The notes: generated by a model from the letters alone, not told the origin. Numbered from the stretch's first letter, positions 1 through 12,037 are shown. The stretch is 64,000 nucleotides of DNA from an uncultured Acidobacteriota bacterium (GCA_963822445.1 CAWGHO010000001.1:1216001-1280000), one strand, 5' to 3'. Translations and numbers: made by a program.

Positions 1-622
1 GCGGATCGAAGACGTCGATGGTGGCGATCGGTGAGACCCCGTCGTTCCCGCCGATGACCCAAAGCTTGCCGCCGTGATTGACCACCACCGGATCGATGCG
101 TCCGGTCGGCAGGCTGGCGAAGACGAAGAAGGTGTATGGGCCGGGCTGGAATCGCGTGGCAATCGTGGCCGGGCCGAAAAAATCACCGCCGAAAACGTAG
201 ACGTACGTGCCGAGGGGAATCGTTCCGACGCTGGAGATCGGCAGCGGATAGTTCACGACGTTGAGCGTCCACGAGTCGCCCGTCGCGTTGTAGATGTCGA
301 CGGACTGCGCGTTCGTCCCGTTGTTCAGATTCTTGCCGCCGAAGAAGTAGACGTTGTCGCCGAGAACAGCATTCGAGTTCAGATTCGTGCGGCCGACGGG
401 ACGCGGATTCGGTGCATTGGCCGACCAGGTGTTGCCGCTAAGGCTGTACTCGTCGTGGTTTGCGCCGTCGACGAGCACGATGGAGTTGTTGACGATGGCG
501 ATTCCGGATCCGCCCGCGCATCGCGCGGCGGGCAGCGGCGCGCGCGGCGTCCACCCGGCGGCGCCTGCGCTCACGGCGATCAGGGACACTGAGATCACAC
601 AGGAAACGAGACTCTTCCGCAT
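1..622 (-). CDS. Secreted Kelch-repeat beta-propeller protein (3' end runs off the window; absent from ORF track)
   Basis: Manual minus-strand translation from ATG 622: [21 protein letters not shown] signal peptide, then Kelch-like units VYFFGG..VDIYN..DSW, VYVFGG and LWVIGG..IDVFDP; AAGGAG RBS upstream. Confidence 0.85.
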   Translation of the reverse strand, partial: MRKSLVSCVISVSLIAVSAGAAGWTPRAPLPAARCAGGSGIAIVNNSIVLVDGANHDEYSLSGNTWSANAPNPRPVGRTNLNSNAVLGDNVYFFGGKNLNNGTNAQSVDIYNATGDSWTLNVVNYPLPISSVGTIPLGTYVYVFGGDFFGPATIATRFQPGPYTFFVFASLPTGRIDPVVVNHGGKLWVIGGNDGVSPIATIDVFDP

Positions 623-709
623 TGCTGCTCTCCTTCTCTCCGTAGGACCGTGGGTATGGCTCGACATATTACGTCCGCTGGCGCCGGCCGGATGCATAGA
701 ATCGAAACG

Positions 710-2155
710 ATGTCCGCGGTGCTCGCCCTCGACGCCGGAACCACCAGTTCCCGCGCGCTCGTCTTCGATGAGCGCGGCGGGATCCTCGCGGTCGCACAGC
801 GGGAGTTCCGGCAGCTCTATCCGCAACCTGGGTGGGTCGAGCACGATGCCGAGGAGATCTGGCGGACGCAGATCGAGGTGGCGGCGGAGGCTGTCGCCGC
901 GTCAGGCGTGGACATCGGCTCGATCGGGATCACCAACCAGCGCGAGACGACGGTGTTGTGGGATCGCGAGACCGGGAAACCGGTCGCGAACGCGATCGTC
1001 TGGCAGGACCGGCGAACCGCGGAGATGTGCGACGCACTGCGAAGCACGGGGCACGAGGAGCTGATCCGCGCGCGCACCGGATTGGTCATCGACGCGTACT
1101 TCTCCGGCACGAAGCTGCGCTGGCTGCTCGACCGAACTACGGCCGATGTGTCGCGCCTCGCTTTCGGAACGATCGACTCCTGGCTGGTCTGGAACCTGAC
1201 TCGCGGTGCGGCGCATGTCACCGACGTGACCAACGCCTCGCGCACGATGCTGTTCGACATTCATCGCGCGGCCTGGGACGACGAGCTGTTGTCGATCATC
1301 GGCATCCCGCGATCGGTGCTGCCCGAGGTGCGCTCGTCGAGCGGGATGTTCGCGCGGACCGCGGAGGGTCTACCGATTCCGGCCGGCATCCCCATCGCCG
1401 GAATCGCGGGCGATCAACAGGCCGCGCTCTTCGGCCAGCGCTGCACGCGCGCGGGTATGGCCAAGAACACGTACGGAACGGGATCGTTCGTGGTGATGAA
1501 CACCGGCGCGAAACCGGCGATCTCCTCACACGCGCTCCTGACAACGATCGCCTGGCGCCTCGGCAATGAGCCGATGCACTACGCGCTCGAAGGCAGCATC
1601 TTCGTCACCGGCGCGGCCGTGCAGTGGCTGCGCGATCAGTTGCACATCATCAAAACCGCGTGTGATGTCGAAGCGCTGGCCGCGTCAGTCCCCGACACCG
1701 GCGGCGTGGTCGTCGTTCCCGCGTTCACCGGCCTCGGCACACCACACTGGGACCCCTACGCCCGCGGCGCAATCCTCGGCCTGACGCGCGGTTCCTCCGC
1801 CGCGCACATCGCGCGGGCCACGCTGGAGTCGATCGCGCTGCAGACCGCGGACGTCCTGCAGGCGATGCGCGACGACTCCGGAATCGAGCTGACCGAGATG
1901 CGGGTCGACGGCGGCGCGTCGACGAACGATCTGTTGATGCAGATGCAGGCCGATCTCGCCGGCATCCCAGTCGTACGTACGCGCAATCCGGAAGTGACGG
2001 CGCTGGGTGCCGCGTATCTGGCCGGGCTCCCTGCGCCTGACCTGCAGGCCACGCCCGATCGCGTGTTCGAGCCGCGCATGAGCAGCGCGGAACGCGAGGA
2101 GAAGATCGTCGTGTGGCGAAGGGCGGTGGAGCGCACGAAGGGTTGGGCGTCGTAG
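710..2155 (+). CDS. glpK: Glycerol kinase
   Basis: [60 protein letters not shown] motifs; start moved to ATG 710 (TAGAAT at 697-702). Confidence 0.95.
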   Translation: MSAVLALDAGTTSSRALVFDERGGILAVAQREFRQLYPQPGWVEHDAEEIWRTQIEVAAEAVAASGVDIGSIGITNQRETTVLWDRETGKPVANAIVWQDRRTAEMCDALRSTGHEELIRARTGLVIDAYFSGTKLRWLLDRTTADVSRLAFGTIDSWLVWNLTRGAAHVTDVTNASRTMLFDIHRAAWDDELLSIIGIPRSVLPEVRSSSGMFARTAEGLPIPAGIPIAGIAGDQQAALFGQRCTRAGMAKNTYGTGSFVVMNTGAKPAISSHALLTTIAWRLGNEPMHYALEGSIFVTGAAVQWLRDQLHIIKTACDVEALAASVPDTGGVVVVPAFTGLGTPHWDPYARGAILGLTRGSSAAHIARATLESIALQTADVLQAMRDDSGIELTEMRVDGGASTNDLLMQMQADLAGIPVVRTRNPEVTALGAAYLAGLPAPDLQATPDRVFEPRMSSAEREEKIVVWRRAVERTKGWAS

Positions 2156-2167
2156 TACCCTCGTTTC

Positions 2168-3745
2168 ATTCGAAAACCACTGCTTTCCCTCCTGTTCTGC
2201 TTCGTCGCGTGGAGTGCCGCGGCCGACGTCATCTTCGCGGTCGTCCCTTCCGTCGGCCGGCCTGAAGGCGGCGAGCGCGTGCGCATCATCGGCACAGGTC
2301 TTCGGGGCCCGGTCCGCGTCCTCTTCGACGTCCGCCAACCGCTACCGGTCGAAGCATTCGTCATCGGGCGGACCGACACGGAAATCGAAATCCTCACGCC
2401 GTCCATCAATTTGCTGGTCGGGCAGCAGCTCGCAGCGACGATTCGCGTCGTCACCGCTGCGGGGACGAATTCTGAGCAACACCTGACGTTGCACGAGGGG
2501 TTCACCTTCCGCAGAGATATCCTCACGCCGCGGATCGTCACGCTCGCTCCCAACTCGGGATCTGTTGTGGGCGGGTTGCGTGTGACGATTTTCGGCGACG
2601 GCTTCCAGGCGCCGGTGCAGGTCATGGTGTTCACCGACGATGCTCCGCTCGGCGCCGAGGCGCGCGTCATGAACGTGCAGTTCGACCAGATCGTGATCGA
2701 GATGCCCTCGGCAAACGACGCGCGCGCCGTCGCAGGCCAACCGATCCACGTCCGCGTGCGGAACATCAACTCGGGCACGGACGCGGTGCTGCGCAACGCG
2801 TTCGTTTACCGGCCGCCCATCGAGATCACGTCCATCTCCCCCACCATCGGTCCGGCTGACGGCGGAACGGAGCTGCACATCACCGGCATCGGCTTCGAGA
2901 ATCCGTCGATCGTGCTCGTGGGCAACATTCCCGCGCTGGTGTTGCGCATCTCCCCGACGCTGATCGTCGCGAGAACGGGGCGTCTGGAAACGACGACCTG
3001 CAGCGACATGACCGCGGCGGTGCGGGTCATCGACATCAACAAGGGCTACTTCGCCGACGGACCTCCGTTCACGTATTCCGTGAGCAGGCCGGTCATCCTC
3101 GACGTTGCGCCACGGATCGCCGAGGTCGGCACGATGGTGGAAGTCGACCTGGTGAATGCCAACGGCATGAACGCGATGGTGAGCCTGGGCGGCGAAACCT
3201 TTTCCGCGCCGATCTCCGGCTCGAAACTGAACTTCTTCGTCCCTGCTTCACTGCCCTTCCACCAGACGCCCTGCACGCTCGAAGGAATCGACGGAACCGG
3301 CCCGGCAGCCTTCGTCGCCGATCTGACCATCACCGATGCCGCGGGATGCACGATCGTCGAACCGTCCGCCATCACGGTGCTGCCCGCGGCTCACACGCTC
3401 TGCACGATTCCGCCCTCCGCCCAAGTGATCGCACCGGACGAAGGACACTGCCTCCGCTTCGGACGAAACAAACCGCGAACGCGAACGATCTCCATCCTTA
3501 ATCGCGACCTCCCCGGCCGCTCGCCTCTGTACGTGACCGGCATGTCCCTCACCGGCCCGGCCGCCGCGGAGTTCGTGCTCGTACGCACATCACCGAATGC
3601 CTTTGCCGAACCCGGCGAGACGATCGACTTCGACGTGACGTTCACAGGCGAGGTAGAAGGCTACCGCGCCGCCAGAGCGACGTTTCACACGAACGATCCG
3701 GAGAGGCCGGTGGTCTCTGTGTGTTTGAGTGGGTTTAGGTACTAG
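2168..3745 (+). CDS. Secreted IPT/TIG-repeat protein with C-terminal Ig-like (ASH/choice-of-anchor D-like) domain
   Basis: Repeats ITSISPTIGPADGGTELHITGIGF and LAPNSGSVVGGLRVTIFGDGF; C-terminal FHTNDPERP; in-frame signal peptide RKPLLSLLFCFVAWSAAA upstream of the track start, beginning at ATT 2168 (start uncertain). Confidence 0.8.
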   Translation: MRKPLLSLLFCFVAWSAAADVIFAVVPSVGRPEGGERVRIIGTGLRGPVRVLFDVRQPLPVEAFVIGRTDTEIEILTPSINLLVGQQLAATIRVVTAAGTNSEQHLTLHEGFTFRRDILTPRIVTLAPNSGSVVGGLRVTIFGDGFQAPVQVMVFTDDAPLGAEARVMNVQFDQIVIEMPSANDARAVAGQPIHVRVRNINSGTDAVLRNAFVYRPPIEITSISPTIGPADGGTELHITGIGFENPSIVLVGNIPALVLRISPTLIVARTGRLETTTCSDMTAAVRVIDINKGYFADGPPFTYSVSRPVILDVAPRIAEVGTMVEVDLVNANGMNAMVSLGGETFSAPISGSKLNFFVPASLPFHQTPCTLEGIDGTGPAAFVADLTITDAAGCTIVEPSAITVLPAAHTLCTIPPSAQVIAPDEGHCLRFGRNKPRTRTISILNRDLPGRSPLYVTGMSLTGPAAAEFVLVRTSPNAFAEPGETIDFDVTFTGEVEGYRAARATFHTNDPERPVVSVCLSGFRY

Positions 3746-3832
3746 TTGCGGGGTTGCGGGGTTTCGGGGTTACGAGGGAGTCACCCCACTGCTAACCCCG
3801 TAACCTCGTGACCCCGAAACCCCGTCACCCCT
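3745..3832. repeat. Intergenic inverted array of 8-nt tandem units (GTTNCGRG)n ... (CYCGNAAC)n
   Basis: gttgcggg gttgcggg gtttcggg gttacgag followed by complementary taaccccg taacctcg tgaccccg aaaccccg; same family at 62636-62734. Confidence 0.8.
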
Positions 3833-3864
3833 GCTACCATCACCAAACACAGAGAGGACAATTC

Positions 3865-5987
<2,123 letters not shown>

Positions 5988-5991
<4 letters not shown>

Positions 5992-7499
5992 CGAACCGTC
6001 ACGCCGGCGCTGAACTCGGTGATGTACATGTCGGGCGCGTCGAGAAACTCGGCTGAGCTGACGAGCGCGGTCACGATCTGCCCGCGCAGGTCTTCGCGGA
6101 TCTCCACCGCGAATGAAAAGTTGTCGCCCGTGGGCAGGCCCGAAGCTGACACATACCGCTGCCCCTCTGCATTTCCGCTCGGATTCAAGGCGGGCGAAAC
6201 GTAAATCCAGACGGACCTCTTCGGCCCAGTCACGCTTCGCGGCGGAAAGGTTCCCCTCACAACGGTCACGGCCCTTTGCGCATCGTAGTAAGCGTCGGTG
6301 ATCGTGGGCCGCGGACGGATCCGCGGATCGGTGTCGGACGACGGACCATCGAGACCCCAATCGATGCCTGTGATTCCGTTCGAATGCATCGAACCGGTGA
6401 ATGACGCGTTTCTGAGATGGGTCGCCAGGGCCAGGCCGAATTCACCGTTGTGCGCGATCTCCGTCGAGCTCACCAGCATGGCGCCGAAGGCCGCGAACAC
6501 GCCGCTCGCTCCGTTGCCGAGGACCTTCGATGACGACAGGTGCGTAATGCCATTCCAGTGGAAGATGCCCGAGCGCCGATTGCCGCTGATCAGGCAATTC
6601 CGCACTTCGACGTAGCCGGCCTCGCGGAACACGCCGACACCGCGCGTATTCGGCCGCGCGATTTTCCCGGTGATGTCCGTGCCGAGGAAGAGGCCGGTCA
6701 GGTGCACGTTCGGACCGCGGTCGCGAATGAGCACCGCGTAATCGGGGAAGTCGTTGATGGCCAGGTCTTCCAGATGCCACGCGCCGAAACACTTCGTGGC
6801 GCCGAACTCGAAGCCGCTGCCGGTGGTGAGCCTGCGTCCGGTGATCTCGAGGCGGCGGTCGCCGGTGATCTGCGCATTCGCGCGCATCTCCACGTTGCAA
6901 CTGGTGATGACCGGGAGAGGCGTCAGCAGCTCGATGGTCGAATACTGCGGAAGGTCGAAGAGGATCCTGCAGGTGCTGTTGTCGCCGCAGTGTTCGTTGC
7001 TCTCGGTGATGACCGTTCGCAGCGTGTCCGGTCCTGAATCGGCGGTCGACCGGACGATGTAGGTCCCGAACGTCGTCGCCCGAACCTGGGCCGTGGCCTG
7101 GCTGAACGTCTTCGGCGGCTCCACCGTCGCTGTTGCCACGGCCGAGAAGTGCATGCCCCGTTGATCGGACGGGAGCTCGATGCTGATCTTCACTCCCTGA
7201 GCAGTCGACGTCACGGGAAGGGACGCGCGCGTGCAACGAACGTCGTTCGCTCCCAGGACGCACTGCCACTCGTCGCTTTCCGGCGCGATGGAGACGCGTC
7301 CGGGCGGCACAGGGATGCGCATGGCCACGTTCCTCCCCGGCTCGCCGCCGGTGTTCCGGATGACCGCGCGATACGTGATGGTCGTACCGGGCGAGACCGG
7401 CCCGCCGGGAGTGATGTCGACGAAGAAGTAGAGGTCGTCGACGGCCAGCGCGGAAAACGTGAGGAGGGAGGACAGAAGGACGAGGAGGACCCGGGACAT
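5988..7499 (-). CDS. Secreted DUF11-like Ig domain plus right-handed beta-helix protein
   Basis: Signal peptide MSRVLLVLLSSLLTFSALA; PGTTITYRAVIRNTG; STADSGPDTLR; ISGNRRSGI/LGNGASGV/HNGEFGL beta-helix repeats. Confidence 0.75.
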
Positions 7500-7518
7500 G
7501 ACACTGATAATACGGTTC
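7500..7518. promoter_or_regulatory. Putative overlapping divergent -10 elements for two leaderless genes
   Basis: 19-bp gap between ATG 7499 (-) and ATG 7519 (+); TATTAT on the minus strand and GATAAT on the plus strand each lie 7 nt from their ATG. Confidence 0.55.
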
Positions 7519-8439
7519 ATGCTCGATCAACATCGCTGGCTTCTCTCCGATCGCGTCCGGACGCTCGCTTTCCGGGACGCGATCCACCAGCTGGTCAAGC
7601 CCGGCGACGTCGTAGTCGACCTGGGCAGCGGCTCGGGAATCCTCGCCTTCTTCGCGGCTGAGGCTGGTGCGGCGCGGGTTTACGCGATCGAGAAGCAGCA
7701 CATCGCCGACGTGGCTTCGCTGGTCGCGCGGCACAACCGTTATCACGACCGGGTCGTCCTCCTGCACGAGTACTCCCTGAAAACGACAGTGCCCGAGCGG
7801 GCGAATGTCCTCATCACCGAGACCCTCGGCAACTTCGGTCTCGACGAGCAGATCGCCGGACTGACCATCGACGCGCGCGAGCGCTACCTGATGCCGGACG
7901 CGATCCTCATTCCCCAGCGCGTCGTGCTGTCCGCGGTTCCGGTCGAGCTTCTGGAGATGTTCGAGCGGCACATCGAGTGGTGGGGTGAATCGCGTTACGG
8001 CGTCGATCTCAAACCGCTGCGCACCTTCGCGTCGAACACGGTTTACGCCGCCGACGTCTCCGAGCGGGCGCATCTCGCCGCGCCGGCGACGATGGTCGAC
8101 ATCGATCTCCGAACGATAGAGACGTCCGATGCCGCTGGAAAGGCTGTCTTCATCGCGACCCGCGACGGCGTGCTGCACGGATTTGCAGGCTGGTTTGCCG
8201 CCACGATCGCGCCGGGCATCGTCATCTCCAATCCCGCTCCGCACGACACGCACTGGCAGCAGGCTTTCCTGCCGGTCGAACATCCCGTCGAAATCAAACG
8301 CGGCGACCAGATCGAGCTCGAGTTGCAGACGCACGACGGGCGGGCCTGGCGGTGGCGCGGGCGCGCCGCGGAGCAGGAGTTCGATCAGACCACCTGGCTC
8401 TCCGCGCCTCCGTGCACCCTTCTCGGCGCGCGGGACTAG
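7519..8439 (+). CDS. PRMT-like class I SAM-dependent methyltransferase
   Basis: DRVRT, VVDLGSGSG, VYAIE, double-E loop ETLGNFGLDE, LMPDAILIP, HGFAGWF, THWQQ. Confidence 0.85.
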   Translation: MLDQHRWLLSDRVRTLAFRDAIHQLVKPGDVVVDLGSGSGILAFFAAEAGAARVYAIEKQHIADVASLVARHNRYHDRVVLLHEYSLKTTVPERANVLITETLGNFGLDEQIAGLTIDARERYLMPDAILIPQRVVLSAVPVELLEMFERHIEWWGESRYGVDLKPLRTFASNTVYAADVSERAHLAAPATMVDIDLRTIETSDAAGKAVFIATRDGVLHGFAGWFAATIAPGIVISNPAPHDTHWQQAFLPVEHPVEIKRGDQIELELQTHDGRAWRWRGRAAEQEFDQTTWLSAPPCTLLGARD

Positions 8440-8449
8440 AATTCGCGGC

Positions 8450-9577
8450 ATGTACAGGGCCGCACTGCTTTTCGTCCTTCTCCTTCCCACGTTTGCATTC
8501 GCCCAGGGCCGCCGCGATGGCGACTGGCGTGAGTTTCCCGCGCAGAAAGGGTGCGTCGGCGGCAGCCGCTGCGCCGACAAGCGCTTCCGCATCGCGCTCG
8601 ATGACAGGCCGGTCATCGCCGTGCGATTCAGAGCGCATGATCAAATCGGCGAGACGGCCGGCGGCGTGTTGCGGGTGAAGATCGACGGCGACACGATCCG
8701 CGGCTACCTCGATATCCCCCGCGCCGGCGAGCTGTTCACGATCGACGTGGACGAGCTTCGCGGACGGCAGCTCGTGTTCGAGCCGGTCGCGAATGATGAA
8801 GTCGAGATCTCCGACATCGCGGTCATGTACAGCCGCGAGAATACGATCCGCCGCATCCCCGAGGCTCGTCGGGGCGGGCGGGGCGGCGGCGGACCGGGAT
8901 GGCGCTCGTATCCGAATGCCTCCGGTTGCATCGGCGGCGACGGCTGCCGCCAGAACGGCACCCGCATCACCATCCCTCTCGAAGAAGCCCCGGTCCTCGG
9001 CATCCGCTTTCACGCCCACGACAACGTCGGCAAACGCGCCGACGGCAAGCTGAGCGTGCGCATCGACGACACGACCATCGGCTGGTCGATCGACGTGCAG
9101 CGCAACGGCAAGCGCCATGACGTCGAGGTGGACAACGTCCGCGGCACGCGACTGGTGATCGAGACGGCGAACGACGACGAAGTCGAAGTCAGCGACGTCG
9201 AAGTGCTTTACGGCCGCCGCGGCGGAGTGGGCAGCAATGGCCCGCGCGAGATCGAGCACGAAGGCGGATGCATCGGCGGATCGGAATGCGGCGGCCGCCG
9301 CAATCGCATTCGCGTGGCCCTGCGCGATTACCCCGTCGAATCGATCCGCTTCTACGCCCGCGACGACGTCGGCACCAGGGCCGGCGGCGAGCTCCGCATC
9401 CGCATCGACGAGGAGATCCTCCGCGATTACCTCGACATCCCCCGCGAAGGCCGCACCTTCACCATCGACGGCAAAGGCCTGGTCGGCGAGTACCTGATCA
9501 TCGAGACGACCGAGGATGACGAAGTGGTGATCCGGGACATCAAGGTGAAGTTCGGGACGGGGGAGTACGACGATTAG
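8450..9577 (+). CDS. Secreted hypothetical protein with three ~100-aa tandem repeats
   Basis: Signal peptide MYRAALLFVLLLPTFAFA; three units GC[VI]GGxxC...RFxAxDxxG..A.G.L...ID...DEV.[IV].D. Confidence 0.8.
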   Translation: MYRAALLFVLLLPTFAFAQGRRDGDWREFPAQKGCVGGSRCADKRFRIALDDRPVIAVRFRAHDQIGETAGGVLRVKIDGDTIRGYLDIPRAGELFTIDVDELRGRQLVFEPVANDEVEISDIAVMYSRENTIRRIPEARRGGRGGGGPGWRSYPNASGCIGGDGCRQNGTRITIPLEEAPVLGIRFHAHDNVGKRADGKLSVRIDDTTIGWSIDVQRNGKRHDVEVDNVRGTRLVIETANDDEVEVSDVEVLYGRRGGVGSNGPREIEHEGGCIGGSECGGRRNRIRVALRDYPVESIRFYARDDVGTRAGGELRIRIDEEILRDYLDIPREGRTFTIDGKGLVGEYLIIETTEDDEVVIRDIKVKFGTGEYDD

Positions 9578-9888
9578 GGGCGCGGAGTTGATTGCGCGTA
9601 TCGCTACGGGCAATCCGGGTACGCGCCTGGATAAATCGCTTTTCCATTCTGGGGCGTGATCGCGTTCTGCAGGTAGGCGACTGAAGCGACAATTCCTTAG
9701 CCAGTTCAGATTGGCTTGAACACGCGCAATGATTGCAACCCCGCTCGCAAGAACCGCCTATACGTGCGACCAAAGGCGGTATGGCAGAGTGCCCATCCTG
9801 CTGCACCCGACCTTCGTAAGGCGCCGGTTTGGGCTGAGTCCCAAGGTGCACGCGTCGTACTTCAGAACAAACCGCACTTCTATACGCA

Positions 9889-9907
9889 GCCTAAATTCGA
9901 GTTATGC
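9889..9907 (+). other. attI-like integron recombination site
   Basis: GCCTAAA-TTCGA-GTTATGC has the L box/5-bp spacer/R box layout of attI1 (CCCTAAA-ACAAA-GTTRRRY) and sits directly in front of the attC array. Confidence 0.6.
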
Positions 9908-9948
9908 CGACGAACCGGAGAGTTAGCCAGACGTAAGATAAGCGACGC

Positions 9949-10569
9949 ATGAAATTGATTGCGATACTTGAATCATGGGTCATTCCCGACGGAAGTTACC
10001 CTCCATTCGCTGTCGGAATGCCGGTAAACCTGTCTTTCGAGATGGCAGTGCGACAGATCTCTATCAACGCCGCAGCTGAGGATTCGTTCGAATCGAATGG
10101 AGAGGGCGAGTACTCGTTTGCGGGCCGGGTTCTCGCAAAGTACAACGGTGGCGATCCGCTCGCGGTGGTCGAAGCAAGCGGGTTCCGCTTCTTCCTCGAA
10201 GGCACGCGCGCGCAGGAACTTCGCCCCGGTGAACGCGTTCAGGGACTAGGTTCTTTGGTGGTCGACTACTACATATGGGTCGAATACGTCAACGAACGTC
10301 GTGAGGCGCCGGACCTTTTCTACAACTTGGGCGTTCGCCGTATTCGGCGCGTCCAGATTCCGGATTCTCTCGTCAGCCGTCACGCCACAGGCAAGGCGCT
10401 TCCTGCCCGAGTCGCGCCATCGGAGTTCGGCGCAATCACCGAGTTGCAGACAATGGTCGGACAGGAATTTGACGAAGAGTTCTATCTCCTCGACCTAGAA
10501 ACGACCGATCTAGCAGTGCCGCGGACTTTCTCGGGTGAGCCCCGCGAGTTCCGCCTTGAACGCAGGTGA
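9949..10569 (+). CDS. Hypothetical protein (gene cassette cargo)
   Basis: 206-aa ORF starting 27 nt after the GTTAGCC core at 9922; visibly lower GC than flanking core genes. Confidence 0.75.
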   Translation: MKLIAILESWVIPDGSYPPFAVGMPVNLSFEMAVRQISINAAAEDSFESNGEGEYSFAGRVLAKYNGGDPLAVVEASGFRFFLEGTRAQELRPGERVQGLGSLVVDYYIWVEYVNERREAPDLFYNLGVRRIRRVQIPDSLVSRHATGKALPARVAPSEFGAITELQTMVGQEFDEEFYLLDLETTDLAVPRTFSGEPREFRLERR

Positions 10570-10624
10570 TCACGGATGAGCGTACTTGTGCGAAAATGCG
10601 TAATGCCAGCTGAGGTTCACACTG

Positions 10625-11002
10625 TTGGATTCCGCCGAGATTGAACGAGCTGTTTGGGTTGCGACAGGCGTCGCGGCAATCACCGCGGCTCTGCTCACAG
10701 TCGTTGTGTATTACCTTCAACAACTTACCGTCGCCACCACCGGCATGCGCGTGCTTGGCAGCGTTGCCGCTTTGCTTCTGTCGTTCGGCGTCTACATCTT
10801 TGCGGCAGTCGTATTTTCTATCGTCATAAACGCACAGTTGCGGCAGACGAGTTCCGAGGGAGCGTTGAGCGTGCCTTGGTCAACTGTCTTCATTCACCCA
10901 GGGCCCTTGCACAAACTGGCACCCCTCTTCGCAATAGCTGCAACTTGGGCAACTCTTGCTTTCGTCGCTAGGCGACACCGTTCGCGAGAAATCGCTGGCT
11001 AA
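10625..11002 (+). CDS. Hypothetical 3-TM membrane protein (gene cassette cargo)
   Basis: Three hydrophobic segments; TAA stop lies inside attC R'' (GGCTAAC), as is typical of cassette genes. Confidence 0.6.
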   Translation: MDSAEIERAVWVATGVAAITAALLTVVVYYLQQLTVATTGMRVLGSVAALLLSFGVYIFAAVVFSIVINAQLRQTSSEGALSVPWSTVFIHPGPLHKLAPLFAIAATWATLAFVARRHRSREIAG

Positions 11003-11934
11003 CTGTTGCGTCTCAGGACGTTGTTCCGATCCAGGCGACTGATGGGTGGATTGTAAGAGAGCGCGGTATGCGCTCGGTGGTAGTTGTAGAAGTGAAGGTA
11101 CGGTGCGAGCCAACGGCGCCGTTCCTCGGAGCTGTGGTACGAGAACCGATAGGCCCATTCGCGCAGCAGCGTCTGGATGAACCGCTCCGCTTTACCGTTC
11201 GTCCGTGGTGTGTACGGCCGGATGCGGACGTGAGTGAGGTTCAGGCGGCTGCAGGTATCCCGGAAGTCGCGTGAGATGAAGGCCGATCCGTTGTCGGTCA
11301 TCACCCGCTCGACGATGACATTCCGCTGAGCGAACCACGCCACCGCCCGAGTCAAAAACGAGCTGGCAGTCTCGCTACGCTCATCTGCCAGGACGTCGAC
11401 GTAGGAGAGTCGGGTGAAGTCATCCGTCGCGACGTACACGAACTCGAAGCCCTGCTTCTTTGAGCCAAACGATCGACGCCTGGTGATGCGGTGTCCCACT
11501 CGATTGAACCGTCCCAGGCGCTTGATGTCGATGTGCACCAGTTCCCCCGGACGCTCCTTCTCGTACCGAATTGGCACTGTTGCCGGCTCAAGCTGACGCA
11601 ACCGAGCCAGCCCTGCTGACCGGCAGATCCGCGCTGCTGTCGACGCACTCACGCCCACTGCCTGCGCGATCTGTCGCACAGTCCGCCATTCGCGGCGAAG
11701 ACTCAGAACACGCTGTCGTTTTATGTCGCTCGTGGCCCGGCCCCTGTGCGGTCTGGAGCTCCGATCGTTAAGCGGCTCGACCCTCAGACCACGACGGATC
11801 CACTCCCGCCCTCGCCGGTCACTCATACCGGCGGCCTCCGACGCCTCGCGCACCGACCATCCTTGTTCGCAGACTCGCTTGACCAGCAGTGCTCGACTCA
11901 ACGGGCAGCTTCGCGCATTCTTGTGCACGTCCAT
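10999..11934 (-). CDS. IS481-family transposase
   Basis: MDVHKNAR, PGELVHIDIK, VMTDNGSAF, PRTNGKAERF, YNYHRAH; stop codon supplied by the target duplication. Confidence 0.95.
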   Translation of the reverse strand: MDVHKNARSCPLSRALLVKRVCEQGWSVREASEAAGMSDRRGREWIRRGLRVEPLNDRSSRPHRGRATSDIKRQRVLSLRREWRTVRQIAQAVGVSASTAARICRSAGLARLRQLEPATVPIRYEKERPGELVHIDIKRLGRFNRVGHRITRRRSFGSKKQGFEFVYVATDDFTRLSYVDVLADERSETASSFLTRAVAWFAQRNVIVERVMTDNGSAFISRDFRDTCSRLNLTHVRIRPYTPRTNGKAERFIQTLLREWAYRFSYHSSEERRRWLAPYLHFYNYHRAHTALSYNPPISRLDRNNVLRRNS

Positions 11935-12037
11935 CTGGGTTCCTTCCTGTCAACCTGTTCGTTTGAGAGCTTTCAGATTGACGAAAGTCGCCCGGATGGA
12001 CAACCCGCTTCAAGGAACAACGTCCTGACACATCACA
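11004..12037 (-). mobile_element. IS481-family insertion sequence (1034 bp)
   Basis: TGT...ACA ends; 24-bp IRs TGTTGCGTCTCAGGACGTTGTTCC / TGTGATGTGTCAGGACGTTGTTCC (20/24); 6-bp TSD GCTAAC at 10998-11003 and 12038-12043. Confidence 0.95.

Noticed and set aside
710-3745. Stop-codon readthrough fusing GlpK to the IPT protein
   Set aside because: Same frame, but a signal peptide and a -10-like box follow the TAG, so independent initiation is simpler.
9540-9952. Integron integrase gene or remnant upstream of attI
   Set aside because: The short ORFs there show no tyrosine-recombinase motifs, and the upstream gene is an unrelated secreted protein.
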